64,000 nt of DNA, from assembly GCA_965198225.1 (NCBI GenBank), contig CBDAOY010000008.1, positions 256,001-320,000 of the forward strand. Direction: 5' to 3'. This DNA is from Terriglobia bacterium (GTDB lineage: Bacteria > Acidobacteriota > Terriglobia > 20CM-2-55-15). Shown here one piece after another: positions 17,861-28,021 of the stretch. Position 1 is the first letter of the stretch; every line of letters starts with the position of its first letter. A program made the translations under genes and the position numbers. Below the pieces are notes generated by a model. That model saw only the letters and a list, made by a program, of their open reading frames with translations, was not told the DNA's origin and ran no database searches.

Positions 17861-20332
17861 ATGGATTCATGGTTTCGAGATCTTAAGTTCGGCGCCCGGA
17901 TTCTGTGGAAGGACCGTGGCTTCGCGACGACAGCCATTCTGACGCTGGCAATCTGCATCGGCGCCAACGCCGCAGTATTCACGATCGTGAACTCGGTGCT
18001 CTTGAGTCCGCTGCCCGTTCCCGAATCGGACCGGATCATGCTGGTGTCGAACCAGTACCCGAACGCCGGGGTGGGCGACAGCCCGAACAGCGGCGTGCCG
18101 GACTACTACGACCGGCTCCGGGACATCGATGTGTTCGGCGAGCAGGCCCTGTTCGGCGCCCAGGGGAGCACGCTGGACATCGACGGCACACCCCGTCGCG
18201 TTCGAGGTATGCGAGCGACCGCGTCGCTGTTTCGTCTCCTCGGGGTTGGGCCGGTGATCGGCCGAACGTTCGGTGAAGAAGACGGTGAGGTGGGTAACGA
18301 CCAGAAAATCATTCTCAGCCACGGACTGTGGCAGGAGCTGTTCGCCGGATCCTCCTCCGCGCTGGAGAGCGAAGTCCGGCTAAGCGGCCGTCCGTACACG
18401 GTCGTAGGTGTGATGCCGCCGGATTTTCTGTTTGTGGATCCCGAGGTTCGCTTCTGGACCCCGCTGGCTTTCACCGATGAGGACCGCTCCGATGATAATC
18501 GTCATAGCAACAACTGGCGCAACGTGGGCCGCCTGAAACCCGGCGCGACCATGGAGCAGGCGCAGGCTCAGGTCGACGCCTTGAACGCGGCGAACATGGA
18601 GCGGTTTCCATTCTTCCGGGAACCTCTCGAAAACGCCGGGTTCTACACGCGCGTTGAGCCGCTCCAGGAGATGCTCGTCCGCGATGTGCGATCGACGCTG
18701 TACCTGCTCTGGGGCGGGGCGTTCTTCGTCCTGCTGATCGGTGCGGTCAACATCGCCAACCTTGCGCTGGCCCGCTCGGGCCTCCGCCTGAAGGAACTGG
18801 CCACGCGTCTCGCGTTGGGAGCGGCACGCCCTCAGGTGGCGCGCCAACTGATTACGGAAAGCGTGATCGTAACGCTGTTGGGAGGCGTTGCGGGACTGGC
18901 GTTCGGATCATGGATACTGGGAGCCTTCGGCACCATCGGGCTCGACCAGCTTCCGCGTGCCGGCGAGATCCAGATGAACGCAACGGTCGTCGGCTTCACG
19001 CTTGCGATCGCGATCGTTGCGGGGATCTTGATCGGACTCGTCCCCCTCGGCTACGTGTTTCGATCGAACCTCAACCACGTGCTGCACGAGGAAAGCCGCA
19101 GCGGCTCCACGGGGCGTGGCGCACGGGCGATCCGGCGCGGCCTGGTCGTGGCCCAGGTCGGCTTCGCTTTCATCCTCCTCATCGGGGCGGGCCTTTTGCT
19201 GGCGAGCTTCCGCGAACTTCTGGAGGTGGATCCGGGTTTCCGACCCGAAGGTGTTCTGACGGCATCGGTCAGCCCCCCGTCGGTGCGGTATGAGGGAGGC
19301 GATGAGCTCCGCGCGTTCATGGACCGGGCTCTCGAGGGGATTCGCGCGATTCCCGGCGTCGAGGCGGCGGGCTCGACGACCAACGTGCCGTTCGGCGGCA
19401 ACTCGAGCGACAGCGTCATCCTGGCCGAGGGTTACGTCATGCAGCCCGGGGAATCTCTGATCTCCCCCCGGCGGCTGACCGTCACAACGGGCTACTTCGA
19501 GGCCATGGGCGTCGGGCTGGTCCGGGGACGGTTCTTCGGAGCTCAAGACACCGAGGACAGTCCCGGCGCCGTGATCGTCGACGAACGACTGGCGAACAAG
19601 TTCTGGGCGGGTCAGGATCCGATCGGCCGGCGCATGTACATGCCCAGCGACCCGAACGACCTGCTCAAGACCGACGAGAACACCGAGTGGCTCCATGTCG
19701 TCGGCGTCGTGAACGAAGTCCGGTTCGACGACCTGGCAGGGAACCGCAACCAGGCCGGCGCCTACTACTTTTCCTACATGCAGAGCCCGACGCGGGGCAT
19801 CACGTTTGCCGTCCGGACGGCGATGAACCCCGAGTCGCTGACCGAGACGCTGCGCGCCCGGATCGCCGCGGTCTACCCGCAGTTGCCGGTGTTCAACGTC
19901 CGGACGATGTCGGAGCGGATGGAACTGTCTCTGATGCCCCGCCGAGCTTCGATGCTTCTGGCGATAGGGTTCGGGACCATCGCGCTACTTCTGTCGGCAA
20001 TCGGGATCTACGGAGTCCTGGCCTACCTGGTCACCCAGCGCACGAAGGAGATTGGCATCCGCATCGCGCTGGGCGGCACGGCGCGACGGATCTTCTCGAT
20101 GGTGTTGCGCGAAGGAGCCCTGCTGGTTGGCGGCGGCCTCGTCCTGGGGCTTGGCGGGATCTTCGCGCTGCGACAGGCCGTCGGTAACCTTGTCTACGGC
20201 GTCGGGCCGACAGACCCGCTCGTGATCAGCGCTGTCGTTGCCACTCTCGCGGTGGTGGCGGTCGCGGCCTGTGCGCTGCCGGCTCGCCGGGCAACCCTCG
20301 TGGACCCGATCATCACCTTGAACGAACAGTAG
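17861..20332 (+). CDS. ADOP-type duplicated ABC permease (MacB_PCD/FtsX x2)
   Basis: 823 aa; RDLKFGARIL start, ELATRLALGA and EIGIRIALG motifs, VDPIITLNEQ end. Confidence 0.92.
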   Translation: MDSWFRDLKFGARILWKDRGFATTAILTLAICIGANAAVFTIVNSVLLSPLPVPESDRIMLVSNQYPNAGVGDSPNSGVPDYYDRLRDIDVFGEQALFGAQGSTLDIDGTPRRVRGMRATASLFRLLGVGPVIGRTFGEEDGEVGNDQKIILSHGLWQELFAGSSSALESEVRLSGRPYTVVGVMPPDFLFVDPEVRFWTPLAFTDEDRSDDNRHSNNWRNVGRLKPGATMEQAQAQVDALNAANMERFPFFREPLENAGFYTRVEPLQEMLVRDVRSTLYLLWGGAFFVLLIGAVNIANLALARSGLRLKELATRLALGAARPQVARQLITESVIVTLLGGVAGLAFGSWILGAFGTIGLDQLPRAGEIQMNATVVGFTLAIAIVAGILIGLVPLGYVFRSNLNHVLHEESRSGSTGRGARAIRRGLVVAQVGFAFILLIGAGLLLASFRELLEVDPGFRPEGVLTASVSPPSVRYEGGDELRAFMDRALEGIRAIPGVEAAGSTTNVPFGGNSSDSVILAEGYVMQPGESLISPRRLTVTTGYFEAMGVGLVRGRFFGAQDTEDSPGAVIVDERLANKFWAGQDPIGRRMYMPSDPNDLLKTDENTEWLHVVGVVNEVRFDDLAGNRNQAGAYYFSYMQSPTRGITFAVRTAMNPESLTETLRARIAAVYPQLPVFNVRTMSERMELSLMPRRASMLLAIGFGTIALLLSAIGIYGVLAYLVTQRTKEIGIRIALGGTARRIFSMVLREGALLVGGGLVLGLGGIFALRQAVGNLVYGVGPTDPLVISAVVATLAVVAVAACALPARRATLVDPIITLNEQ

Positions 20333-20624
20333 CGTCCAGTGTTTCCGGGTCGATTGCCCAGAGCTTCCGGGTTGATTCGCCGGACGGGCCCCGTGGGGGA
20401 GTCTTCGCTCCGCGGCCGTCTCCCAAACCCGTCCGTTCCCCTCGGAGCCCGTCAGCGGTCGTTTTCAACCCCCCCCAAATGCAGTGTGACGGCGTGTCCT
20501 GAGTTGGAAGCAGCGTCGCATGATTCCCGACGCCAGCCCACTTTTAACAAACTCTTGCTTGCTTGTCGGATGACCGGGAGTCAAACTTTTTCAATTGGCA
20601 AGATGCCGCGGATGGAGGGGAACA

Positions 20625-21164
20625 ATGATTATGAGGATCAACCTGCCTTCGCTGCTGGTTCTGGCAGCAGCCTTTCTTTTTGCCACCTCGACCAGTGCAC
20701 AGGTCCAGACGAATCCGTGGGGAGCGCGTGAGCAGTCGGGCTACGGAAGACCCACGCCGCTGCCGCGTTTCGGGGACGAGAAACAAGTTCCGATCTTACC
20801 CGCGCTGGACAATCCGTTCGGCGGCGCCGTGATCGAGCTGGCCCTCGAGATTACGGAATTTCAAAGAGAACAAGCTGTGCCGATCGTGGAGGCCGCCCGG
20901 GCAGCCGCCGAGCCACTGTTAGTCGACCTCGCACAGTCCCGTCAAGACCTCGAGTACGCGGTGAACTCCGCCGCCGGTGTCGCCGAGATTGACGCGCTCG
21001 CGACGCTCCAGGGGCAGCTGCTCGGACAACTCGCGGCTATCGGGGCGAACGCAAGGATTCAGATTCGGGCTCTCCTTACACCCGACCAGATCGACAAACT
21101 GGACGAGATCCGTGAGCGATTCGAGTCCCGTAGTCGTGAGAGACGGGCAAGACGGCGTCCGTAG
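20625..21164 (+). CDS. Spy/CpxP-like periplasmic protein
   Basis: RBS GGAGGGG, signal peptide, helical, C-terminal LLTPDQ (LTxxQ). Confidence 0.7.
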   Translation: MIMRINLPSLLVLAAAFLFATSTSAQVQTNPWGAREQSGYGRPTPLPRFGDEKQVPILPALDNPFGGAVIELALEITEFQREQAVPIVEAARAAAEPLLVDLAQSRQDLEYAVNSAAGVAEIDALATLQGQLLGQLAAIGANARIQIRALLTPDQIDKLDEIRERFESRSRERRARRRP

Positions 21165-21169
21165 CCCTT

Positions 21170-21853
21170 TTAGGCGGTAGCCTTCTTCGCCTTTTGTTCC
21201 ACCGCCTTTTCTATATAGGCCGGAGCGTCGGGCGTCTTGCAGCTGGTCTCGCCGTGGTCGACTTCAACCTTGCCGATAGTTCTTGCCGCTGCCAGGGCTT
21301 TCTTCCGAAGTTTCGGGTTGCGGATCCCGATCGCGATAAGTGCAGAGTTCATGGCGTCCCGGACCCTGTTCTTGCGGTCGTGGATCTCGCTTTCGATCGT
21401 GTCCAGATGGACGTCGAAGAAGCTGTCCGGCAGTTCGTCGTCGCTCATCGCCAGGTGAGCCAGTAGCTGCCACCCGGATCGTGCCACCCATTCACCCTTG
21501 GAAGTGTTCCACTTCTCGAACCTGCTGCGACAGTGCGCGGAGCGCGCGACGAGCCCGGAGAACGCATCGGTGATCGGGTAGCAGTCGAGATCTCGAGCCC
21601 ACTTGTCGGCCGATGCCTTTGTCAGTGCCCCCGGATCGGCGACCATGCAGGCCAGGACGCGGGCATCGTGGTTGCCGCTGGCCCAAAGGTCTTGCGCCAG
21701 CCGGTGATCCGTCTTGGCCCGCTTGGCCAGCTTCTTGAGGTTGGTATAACTGACACCGTACATACTCGACCCGACCCCATGTCGCGCATAGACCTTCCGG
21801 TTCTGGGCCGTTCCCATCGCTTTCAACAGCTTCAACATCTCCTTGCTCGTCAT
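21170..21853 (-). CDS. DNA alkylation repair (AlkD-like HEAT) protein
   Basis: LWASGNHDARVLA and VDHGETSCKTPDA motifs; RBS GAGGAG before ATG 21853. Confidence 0.8.
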   Translation of the reverse strand: MTSKEMLKLLKAMGTAQNRKVYARHGVGSSMYGVSYTNLKKLAKRAKTDHRLAQDLWASGNHDARVLACMVADPGALTKASADKWARDLDCYPITDAFSGLVARSAHCRSRFEKWNTSKGEWVARSGWQLLAHLAMSDDELPDSFFDVHLDTIESEIHDRKNRVRDAMNSALIAIGIRNPKLRKKALAAARTIGKVEVDHGETSCKTPDAPAYIEKAVEQKAKKATA

Positions 21854-22044
21854 CGTTCCGTACTCCTCGGTGTATCCGTCAGGCATTCCCGGTGCACGCT
21901 ACCGGCAATGTTTTCACGCCCCGCACGACGATTTCTCGTCGGCAGCCTAACGCCTCCCCGCGTGCGATCAAACGCAAATCGGAAAGAGGGAAGGGATTCG
22001 CTTTGTGTTCCGACGCCGCGATGTCGATTCAGCCGGTCGAGCTC

Positions 22045-24714
22045 TCACTCCTGACGGAGAGCCGCGAGCGGGTCGACCCGGGTGGACCGGCGTGCCGGCA
22101 GGTAGCAGGCGAGCATCGTGAGGAGGCCCAGCAGGACCGGCGCACCGACGACAACGATCGGGTCCGTCGTCGTCGTCTCCGTGATGGTCGTCAGTGCATC
22201 GAAATAGGAACCCATGGCCCTGGTCGTCCCAAACGCCAGAATCTGGCCGATGAAGGTTCCGACCACGACCAGGATCGCGCCCTCCTTCAGCACGAGCTTG
22301 AGGACCTGTGTCCTCTGGGCGCCCAGCGCCATGCGGATGCCGATCTCCTTGGCTCGTTGCGCGACCGCGTAGGCGGTGACTCCTCCGAGCCCGACTGCGG
22401 CGAGGATCAACCCGAAGACACCGATCCCGCCGTAGACGAACATAACCAGTCGGACCATGTACATCATCGTTTCAATCTGGTCGCTGAGCAGGCTGACGTT
22501 GAAGAGCGTCAGATTGGGATCGATGGCCGCGATCTCATTTCGGATCGCGCTCCGGATGTCGACGCCGGGATCGGTGCGCACCAGCAGCGTGACTCCCTGC
22601 GCTGAAGGGCGCTCGAAACCGGACGGCGGCATCGGCAGGAAGACGCCCATCCTGGATCGTTCCAGAATCGCTCCGGATCGAAAATCCGGAGCGACGCCGA
22701 TCACTTCGTAGCGATCCTGCTCGACGTCGAGAACCTGGCCGACCGGATCTTCCCCCGGCCAGGTTTCCGAAGCCATGGTCTCGTTGACGATCACGACGCG
22801 AGAATCTTCCGTCTCGTCTGCTGGTCTGAAACTCCGGCCCGGTGCGATTTCGACGCCGACAACTTCGAAGAATCCTTCGCCGACCCGTTCGCTCCGGATG
22901 CTTCGTGCGAGTCGCGCGGATTCGCCCAGGTCGGTGCTGGCCCGGAGTGACTCCTCATCGCCAAACATTCCCAACGGGATGGTCTGGGTCAGGCTGGCAT
23001 GCCGCACGCCCGGAATCCGGCGGATCTGCTCCGGGAGGCGGGAGAAAAATTCCTTCGCCTGCTCTCCGGAGTACCCGTCCCTGACCGGATCGAGCGACAT
23101 CATGTAGAGATTCCGAACGTCGAAACCGAGTTCGACGTTGCCGGACCGCGCAAACCCGAGGACGACAAATCCGGTGAGAAGAAGCAACATGAGCGATCCT
23201 GCGACCTGCTGGAGGACGAGGCCGTTGCGCATGCTGAACCAGCGGTATTTCTTCATCCTCATGTCGGCTCCGCTCTTCAGAGCGGGCGCCACGTCGGCCT
23301 TTGCCGCCTGGAGAGCCGGCGCCAGGCCGAATAGGATTCCGGAGAGAATGCTCAGGCCCAGCGTGAAGAGCAGGGCCGCCCAGCTTATTTCCAGCTCGAA
23401 AGTCATGTATTCGGGGATCATCAGTTCGATCCAGTCCGTTGTCGAGATGGACCACCAGGCAAAGGCGAACCCGACGACTCCTCCGAGCAGGGCCAGGATG
23501 GTGCTTTCTGTGATCAACTGCCGGACGATACGGCCCCGGCTGGCTCCGACCGACAATCGGATCGCGATCTCCTTGGCCCGTGCGCTGCCGCGGGCAAGAA
23601 GGAGCGTTCCGACATTCGAGCAGGCGATCAACAGCGCAAGTCCAACCAGGATCAGGGGGAAGCCCATCACCACGGGGAGATCTTCATCCCGGATCGGCAT
23701 CAGCCTGCCCCCGGCAACCAGGGTAATGCGCCTGCCTTCTCGTATGTCTCTCTCGCCGGCGTCCACCTCCTGCTGGCGGATCATCGCGTCGAGCGCCGCC
23801 TCGGCCTGCTGTCGGGTGACATCGAGAGAGAGCCGTCCAACCACGCTGAACGCTGCGATGTCTCTGTCACGGAGTTTGCCGGACCCGAGTTCCGGGGCGA
23901 TCCTCGGGTCCACTGTCGTGGGCAGCCAGATGTCCGCCGCTGCGAGGACCGGAAGGGCGCCGAAGAAGTCCTCTTCGGCCACACCGATGATCGTCGCCGG
24001 GTACCCGTTGATCCGCAGTATCGATCCAACCACATCGGGATCGCCGCCGAGACGGCCCCGCCAGAATCTGTGGCTGACGACCACAGTTGCCGGAGATCCC
24101 TGGACCCGTTCCGGTCCGGCGAACGTTCGGCCCATCACCGCTCCGGTCTGCAGGACGTCGAAGTAGTTCGGTGTGACCAGGTGACCCCAGGCGCGGCTCG
24201 ATCGATCGTCGGTCTTAACCACAAACGGAACCGGAGAAATGTAGGCCGCAATCGCGGAAAACTGTCCGCTGTTGTCCTGGAAATTTTCGTAGTCGGGGTA
24301 TGAGACCGGCCTGAGCGACGATACGAGTTCGTCCGGGTTTCCGACGGTAGGGATGTCGCGCACGATGAGCGACTCCATCTGGCTGAATGTCGTCGTCGTC
24401 AGGCCGATGCCGATTCCGATCGAGACGATCGAGGCAATCGTGAAGCCTTTCGATCGGGCCAGCATGCGAATCGCGTAGCGCGCGTCCTGGGCCAGCTCGT
24501 AGGCATGTTCGATCGGAACACGGACCGCCAGGTCGAGCAGGAGCTGCGCAATCATGGTGAGCAGGTTGCCCCAGCCGTGACGCTGGGCCGCGTCGCGGAG
24601 GATGTGGTTCGTGTCCTGGATCATCTCTCGCTCGTGGTCGAGGCGAAACTCGTCAGGGAAGGCCCGAACCAACTTCCGGTAGAGCCAGAGTGAAAAAGCC
24701 ATCGTGATCTTCAT
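22045..24714 (-). CDS. ADOP-type duplicated ABC permease
   Basis: 889 aa; QDARYAIRML, EIAIRLSVGA, EIGIRMALGA and VDPLAALRQE motifs; start overlaps the padR stop. Confidence 0.92.
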   Translation of the reverse strand: MKITMAFSLWLYRKLVRAFPDEFRLDHEREMIQDTNHILRDAAQRHGWGNLLTMIAQLLLDLAVRVPIEHAYELAQDARYAIRMLARSKGFTIASIVSIGIGIGLTTTTFSQMESLIVRDIPTVGNPDELVSSLRPVSYPDYENFQDNSGQFSAIAAYISPVPFVVKTDDRSSRAWGHLVTPNYFDVLQTGAVMGRTFAGPERVQGSPATVVVSHRFWRGRLGGDPDVVGSILRINGYPATIIGVAEEDFFGALPVLAAADIWLPTTVDPRIAPELGSGKLRDRDIAAFSVVGRLSLDVTRQQAEAALDAMIRQQEVDAGERDIREGRRITLVAGGRLMPIRDEDLPVVMGFPLILVGLALLIACSNVGTLLLARGSARAKEIAIRLSVGASRGRIVRQLITESTILALLGGVVGFAFAWWSISTTDWIELMIPEYMTFELEISWAALLFTLGLSILSGILFGLAPALQAAKADVAPALKSGADMRMKKYRWFSMRNGLVLQQVAGSLMLLLLTGFVVLGFARSGNVELGFDVRNLYMMSLDPVRDGYSGEQAKEFFSRLPEQIRRIPGVRHASLTQTIPLGMFGDEESLRASTDLGESARLARSIRSERVGEGFFEVVGVEIAPGRSFRPADETEDSRVVIVNETMASETWPGEDPVGQVLDVEQDRYEVIGVAPDFRSGAILERSRMGVFLPMPPSGFERPSAQGVTLLVRTDPGVDIRSAIRNEIAAIDPNLTLFNVSLLSDQIETMMYMVRLVMFVYGGIGVFGLILAAVGLGGVTAYAVAQRAKEIGIRMALGAQRTQVLKLVLKEGAILVVVGTFIGQILAFGTTRAMGSYFDALTTITETTTTDPIVVVGAPVLLGLLTMLACYLPARRSTRVDPLAALRQE

Positions 24715-25079
24715 CGGGCACGCGCCTCACCCTCGAGTGCCGCACGCTTGCTGTGGATGACCTCGACGAGCTGTTCCAGCCGCTCGCATTCGGCTTCCAG
24801 CAAGCGTTGCCCGTCCCTCGTCAGACGGTAATAGCGTCGCCGTTCGTCGTCGTCCTCAGGCGCAGGTCGCTCGTCGGATTCTTCGATCAGCCCTTCTTCT
24901 ATCAACCGTCGGATCGTTCCGTAGAGCGTGGCCGGCCACAGCCGGATCTTCTGGTCGGTCCGTTCGAGCACTTCCTGCATGATCCCGTAGCCGTGCTGTT
25001 CGCGGCCGGAAAGCGAAAGGAGAATATGAAACCAGTTCGCCCGGAGGGGCAGGAATGAGTCGAGTCGCTTCCTGTTCAT
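24711..25079 (-). CDS. PadR-family transcriptional regulator
   Basis: HGYGIMQEV...PATLYGTIRRL...RRRYYRLT. Confidence 0.92.
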   Translation of the reverse strand: MNRKRLDSFLPLRANWFHILLSLSGREQHGYGIMQEVLERTDQKIRLWPATLYGTIRRLIEEGLIEESDERPAPEDDDERRRYYRLTRDGQRLLEAECERLEQLVEVIHSKRAALEGEARAR

Positions 25080-25095
25080 AATAGGATCAGTATAA

Positions 25096-25121
25096 TATAT
25101 ATATCAATAAAGATATATATA
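25096..25121. promoter_or_regulatory. Probable PadR operator over the padR promoter
   Basis: Perfect inverted repeat TATATATATC-6 nt-GATATATATA in an AT-rich patch 17 bp upstream of padR. Confidence 0.65.
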
Positions 25122-25242
25122 AATCATTAGTCTTTGGGGTCCTCCTCGTTTCAAGACGGATCGGTCTAGATTTTGATTGCCAAATACTGGTCATACCGCC
25201 CACGCTTTGTTACCCTGATCCTGCTTTGGTCCGTGGGGGAAA

Positions 25243-25827
25243 GTGGTGATTCAAAAAATCTTGCGTAGGCCCGTACGCTGGCTCGTGGTTCTAGCTCTTT
25301 TTGTTGCGGTCGTTCCATCACAGGCGCAGAGCCGGCAGCAGCGTGAAGAGCAGCAGCGCCGCGCAGCGGAACAGTTGCAACTGGACCGTCTGAACCGCTT
25401 CGTCGACGATGTTCATCTGCTCTATGAGGCCAGTGGCGAACTGGTTTCCTACCGGGTACGCCCGGAAATGACGTCGTCGGAAATCCGGGTGATCACCGAC
25501 AGGTCCAGGGATCTGGACAGGCAGGCCACCCGAATCATTTCGTTCATCGAGAACGTTGCGCCCTACGTCAAGGGGAACACCGAAGACCTCTGGATAATAC
25601 GACCCCTGAATGAGAGTCCGACTCTCGAAGACAGGTTGACGCTCATCCTGGCGCTCGTCTATCGCGTCGAACCCAAGATCAATCACCTGATCGACCTGAT
25701 GAGCGGTGAGAGCCATCCGGCGATTGAACTCCAGGATCTCCAGGTTGAAGCATCGCTCCCATACCTTGTGGTTGGCGGACTCCAGGTGATCAAGGATCTG
25801 ACCGTCGAGCTACGCGGCACGTTCTAA
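25243..25827 (+). CDS. Hypothetical secreted protein
   Basis: 194-aa ORF with a signal peptide; no recognised motif. Confidence 0.6.
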   Translation: MVIQKILRRPVRWLVVLALFVAVVPSQAQSRQQREEQQRRAAEQLQLDRLNRFVDDVHLLYEASGELVSYRVRPEMTSSEIRVITDRSRDLDRQATRIISFIENVAPYVKGNTEDLWIIRPLNESPTLEDRLTLILALVYRVEPKINHLIDLMSGESHPAIELQDLQVEASLPYLVVGGLQVIKDLTVELRGTF

Positions 25828-25937
25828 GCGTCGCGGCCTCCCAGCTTCTCAAGGTCGAGACCTCCCCGATAGCGGGCTGAAACCTTCCGGATCGGGTCAG
25901 CCCACTGCTGCAGGAACCAGCCCGGGGCATACCCGCA

Positions 25938-26438
25938 ATGGGACATCGAGACGAGCCGAACTCGAACCAAGCGCCCGGTCCGGAGCCCGGCTGGCGAGAA
26001 GATCCCCGCCTGCGGGGCCGCTTTCACCGGCAGTGTCTGGACGACATTCAAGTGCTCGTCCACGACGGCGGTCCCCGATTCTCGTCGCACCGGCCCGAGG
26101 CCGTGTGGGTCACCGTGACCGAATGCCGAGGCGATGTCTTCCGCGGAGTGCTGGTTAACCAGCCCGAGCAACTGCGCCGGGTGTCGAAGGGCGATTCCGT
26201 ACGATTCATCGTGCCCGAGTCCGGCCCGTACCCGCTCCAGGTTTCAGAGAAATACTTGCGTGAGCGAGCCGACTGGGCCATCCACCCTTGCGACGGATGC
26301 GGTTTGTCCGAACTGTTCGATGCGCCCACGGACTTGATCGACAGCGTCTTCGACGTGTCGGACGGTTTCGTGCCGGAGGTGTTCACCGCCCTTTGTGCGG
26401 CATGCGGAGGGCAGTTGATCGTTCAACGAGCGGAATAG
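25938..26438 (+). CDS. Hypothetical protein with C-terminal CxxC...CxxC zinc ribbon
   Basis: EAVWV...FRGVLVNQP (DUF2314-like), then CDGC and CAAC. Confidence 0.6.
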   Translation: MGHRDEPNSNQAPGPEPGWREDPRLRGRFHRQCLDDIQVLVHDGGPRFSSHRPEAVWVTVTECRGDVFRGVLVNQPEQLRRVSKGDSVRFIVPESGPYPLQVSEKYLRERADWAIHPCDGCGLSELFDAPTDLIDSVFDVSDGFVPEVFTALCAACGGQLIVQRAE

Positions 26439-26457
26439 CCAAGGGAACATTGATCCT

Positions 26458-27123
26458 GTGAAGAAGTACGTATCGGAAGTGATCGGGACCTTCGCGCTGG
26501 TGTTTGCAGGAACCGGGGCGATCGTCATTGGAGACACCGCGGGGACGGTTTCCCACGTCGGTGTCGCGCTGACGTTCGGGCTCGTGGTCATGGCTATGAT
26601 CTACGCTCTGGGGGACATTTCCGGCGCGCATCTGAACCCCGCGGTGACACTGGGTTTCTACGTCGCTCGTCGCATGGAACTGACCGAGGTCGGGCCGTAC
26701 ATCTTGAGTCAGTCTGCCGGAGCCGTTCTGGCCAGCGGTGCTATCTTCTTCATGTTCCCGGCCCATCCCACCTTGGGTGCCACTCGACCGGCCGGCTCGC
26801 TGACGCAGTCCTTCCTGCTGGAAGTCATCCTGACGTGGATGCTGATGTTCGTCATCCTGAACGTGTCGACGGGAGCCAAGGAAAAAGGAATGACGGCCGG
26901 AATAGCGATCGGATCGGTCATCGCCTTCGAAGCGATGTTCGCCGGACCCGTGTCGGGTGCGTCGATGAACCCCGCGCGGTCGCTCGGCCCGGCGCTGGTC
27001 TCCGCCCGGATCGACGTCCTGTGGTTGTATTTTGCCGCACCCGCTCTCGGGGCGCTGCTCGCCGTCCCGACTTGCCGTTGCGTGCACGAAGACAACTGTT
27101 GCGCCGAGGAACCCTGCGCGTGA
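26458..27123 (+). CDS. MIP-family aquaporin, probably arsenite channel
   Basis: SGAHLNPAVT and SGASMNPARS; Cys-rich tail; overlaps the arsC start. Confidence 0.9.
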   Translation: MKKYVSEVIGTFALVFAGTGAIVIGDTAGTVSHVGVALTFGLVVMAMIYALGDISGAHLNPAVTLGFYVARRMELTEVGPYILSQSAGAVLASGAIFFMFPAHPTLGATRPAGSLTQSFLLEVILTWMLMFVILNVSTGAKEKGMTAGIAIGSVIAFEAMFAGPVSGASMNPARSLGPALVSARIDVLWLYFAAPALGALLAVPTCRCVHEDNCCAEEPCA

Positions 27124-27527
27124 GCCGATCCGGGGACCGACCCGTCAGCCTCCTGTTCGTTTGCGTCGAGAACTCCAACCGCAGTCAGATGGCCGAAGCG
27201 TTCGCACGCATCCACGGCGGCAGTCGTGTTGAGGCGTACAGCTCCGGCTCGAGACCTTCAGGGAAGGTCAACCCCAAGGCCGTCGCTTCGATGCAGGAGC
27301 TCGGTTACGAACTGACTTCCCACCAGCCCAAGTCGCTCTCGGAGATACCCGACGTCGAATACGACTTCGTCGCGACGATGGGCTGCGGAGATGAGTGCCC
27401 CTGGGTGCGCTCGAAGCGGCGCGAGGACTGGGACATCCCGGACCCGAAAAACATGGAGCCGGAACAATTTCGCGAAGTGCGGGGCTTGATCGAACAAAAA
27501 GTCAAAGGAGTCCTGGAAAGTTTGTAG
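27120..27527 (+). CDS. arsC: Arsenate reductase, LMW-PTPase type
   Basis: CVENSNRSQMAE P-loop and TMGCGDECP; GTG start overlapping the aquaporin stop. Confidence 0.85.
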   Translation: MSRSGDRPVSLLFVCVENSNRSQMAEAFARIHGGSRVEAYSSGSRPSGKVNPKAVASMQELGYELTSHQPKSLSEIPDVEYDFVATMGCGDECPWVRSKRREDWDIPDPKNMEPEQFREVRGLIEQKVKGVLESL

Positions 27528-27569
27528 CGGCAGTAGCTGCTTTGCGAAAAGTACCGCGAGAGAGCACAT

Positions 27570-27632
27570 GTGAGGGGGACAGGGCTAGCCCTGTCCCCGC
27601 TGGTTGTTGAGCAGAAAAGTTGGCGAGGGCAG
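27570..27632 (+). repeat. GGGGACAGGGCTAGCCCTGTCCCC palindromic repeat, copy 1
   Basis: Perfect 24-bp palindrome with conserved flanks; inverted copies near 53728 and 56410. Confidence 0.8.
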
Positions 27633-27650
27633 GTGACAAGGGAAACCACT

Positions 27651-27711
27651 ACCCAACTCCCCTCCTCATCTGAGGAGGGGTGGCCCGAAGCGCCGGGTGG
27701 TGTTGATCAGG
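27651..27711 (+). repeat. REP-like CCCCTCCT..AGGAGGGG repeat
   Basis: ACTCCCCTCCTCATCTGAGGAGGGGTGGCCCGAAGCGCCGGGTGGTGTTGATCAGG; copies at 28441 and 53614. Confidence 0.8.
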
Positions 27712-28021
27712 AGCCGGCGTTCGAGAGAATTTCGACTTCCTCGTCCAAAGCTTTCCCAAGTCGGTCCTTCTCGACTTCCAGGTCATATCGATTCTGCAGG
27801 TTGAGCCAAAAGCGTTCCGAGGTCCCAAAAAAGCGACTCAATCGTAGCGCCGTGTTCGCACTGATTGAACGCTTGCCATGCACAATTTCATTGATGCGGC
27901 GAGGGGGGACGCTAATGCCCTTCGCCAACCGATACTGGCTCAACCGAAGTGGCACCAGAAAATCCTCGAGCAGGATTTCCCCCGGGTGAATCGGCTCTAG
28001 AATTTTCTTCCCCATGTTCAT
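27707..28021 (-). CDS. higA: HigA-family antitoxin
   Basis: PIHPGEILLEDFL...RRINEIVHGKRSI...FWLNLQNRYDL. Confidence 0.92.
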   Translation of the reverse strand: MNMGKKILEPIHPGEILLEDFLVPLRLSQYRLAKGISVPPRRINEIVHGKRSISANTALRLSRFFGTSERFWLNLQNRYDLEVEKDRLGKALDEEVEILSNAGS

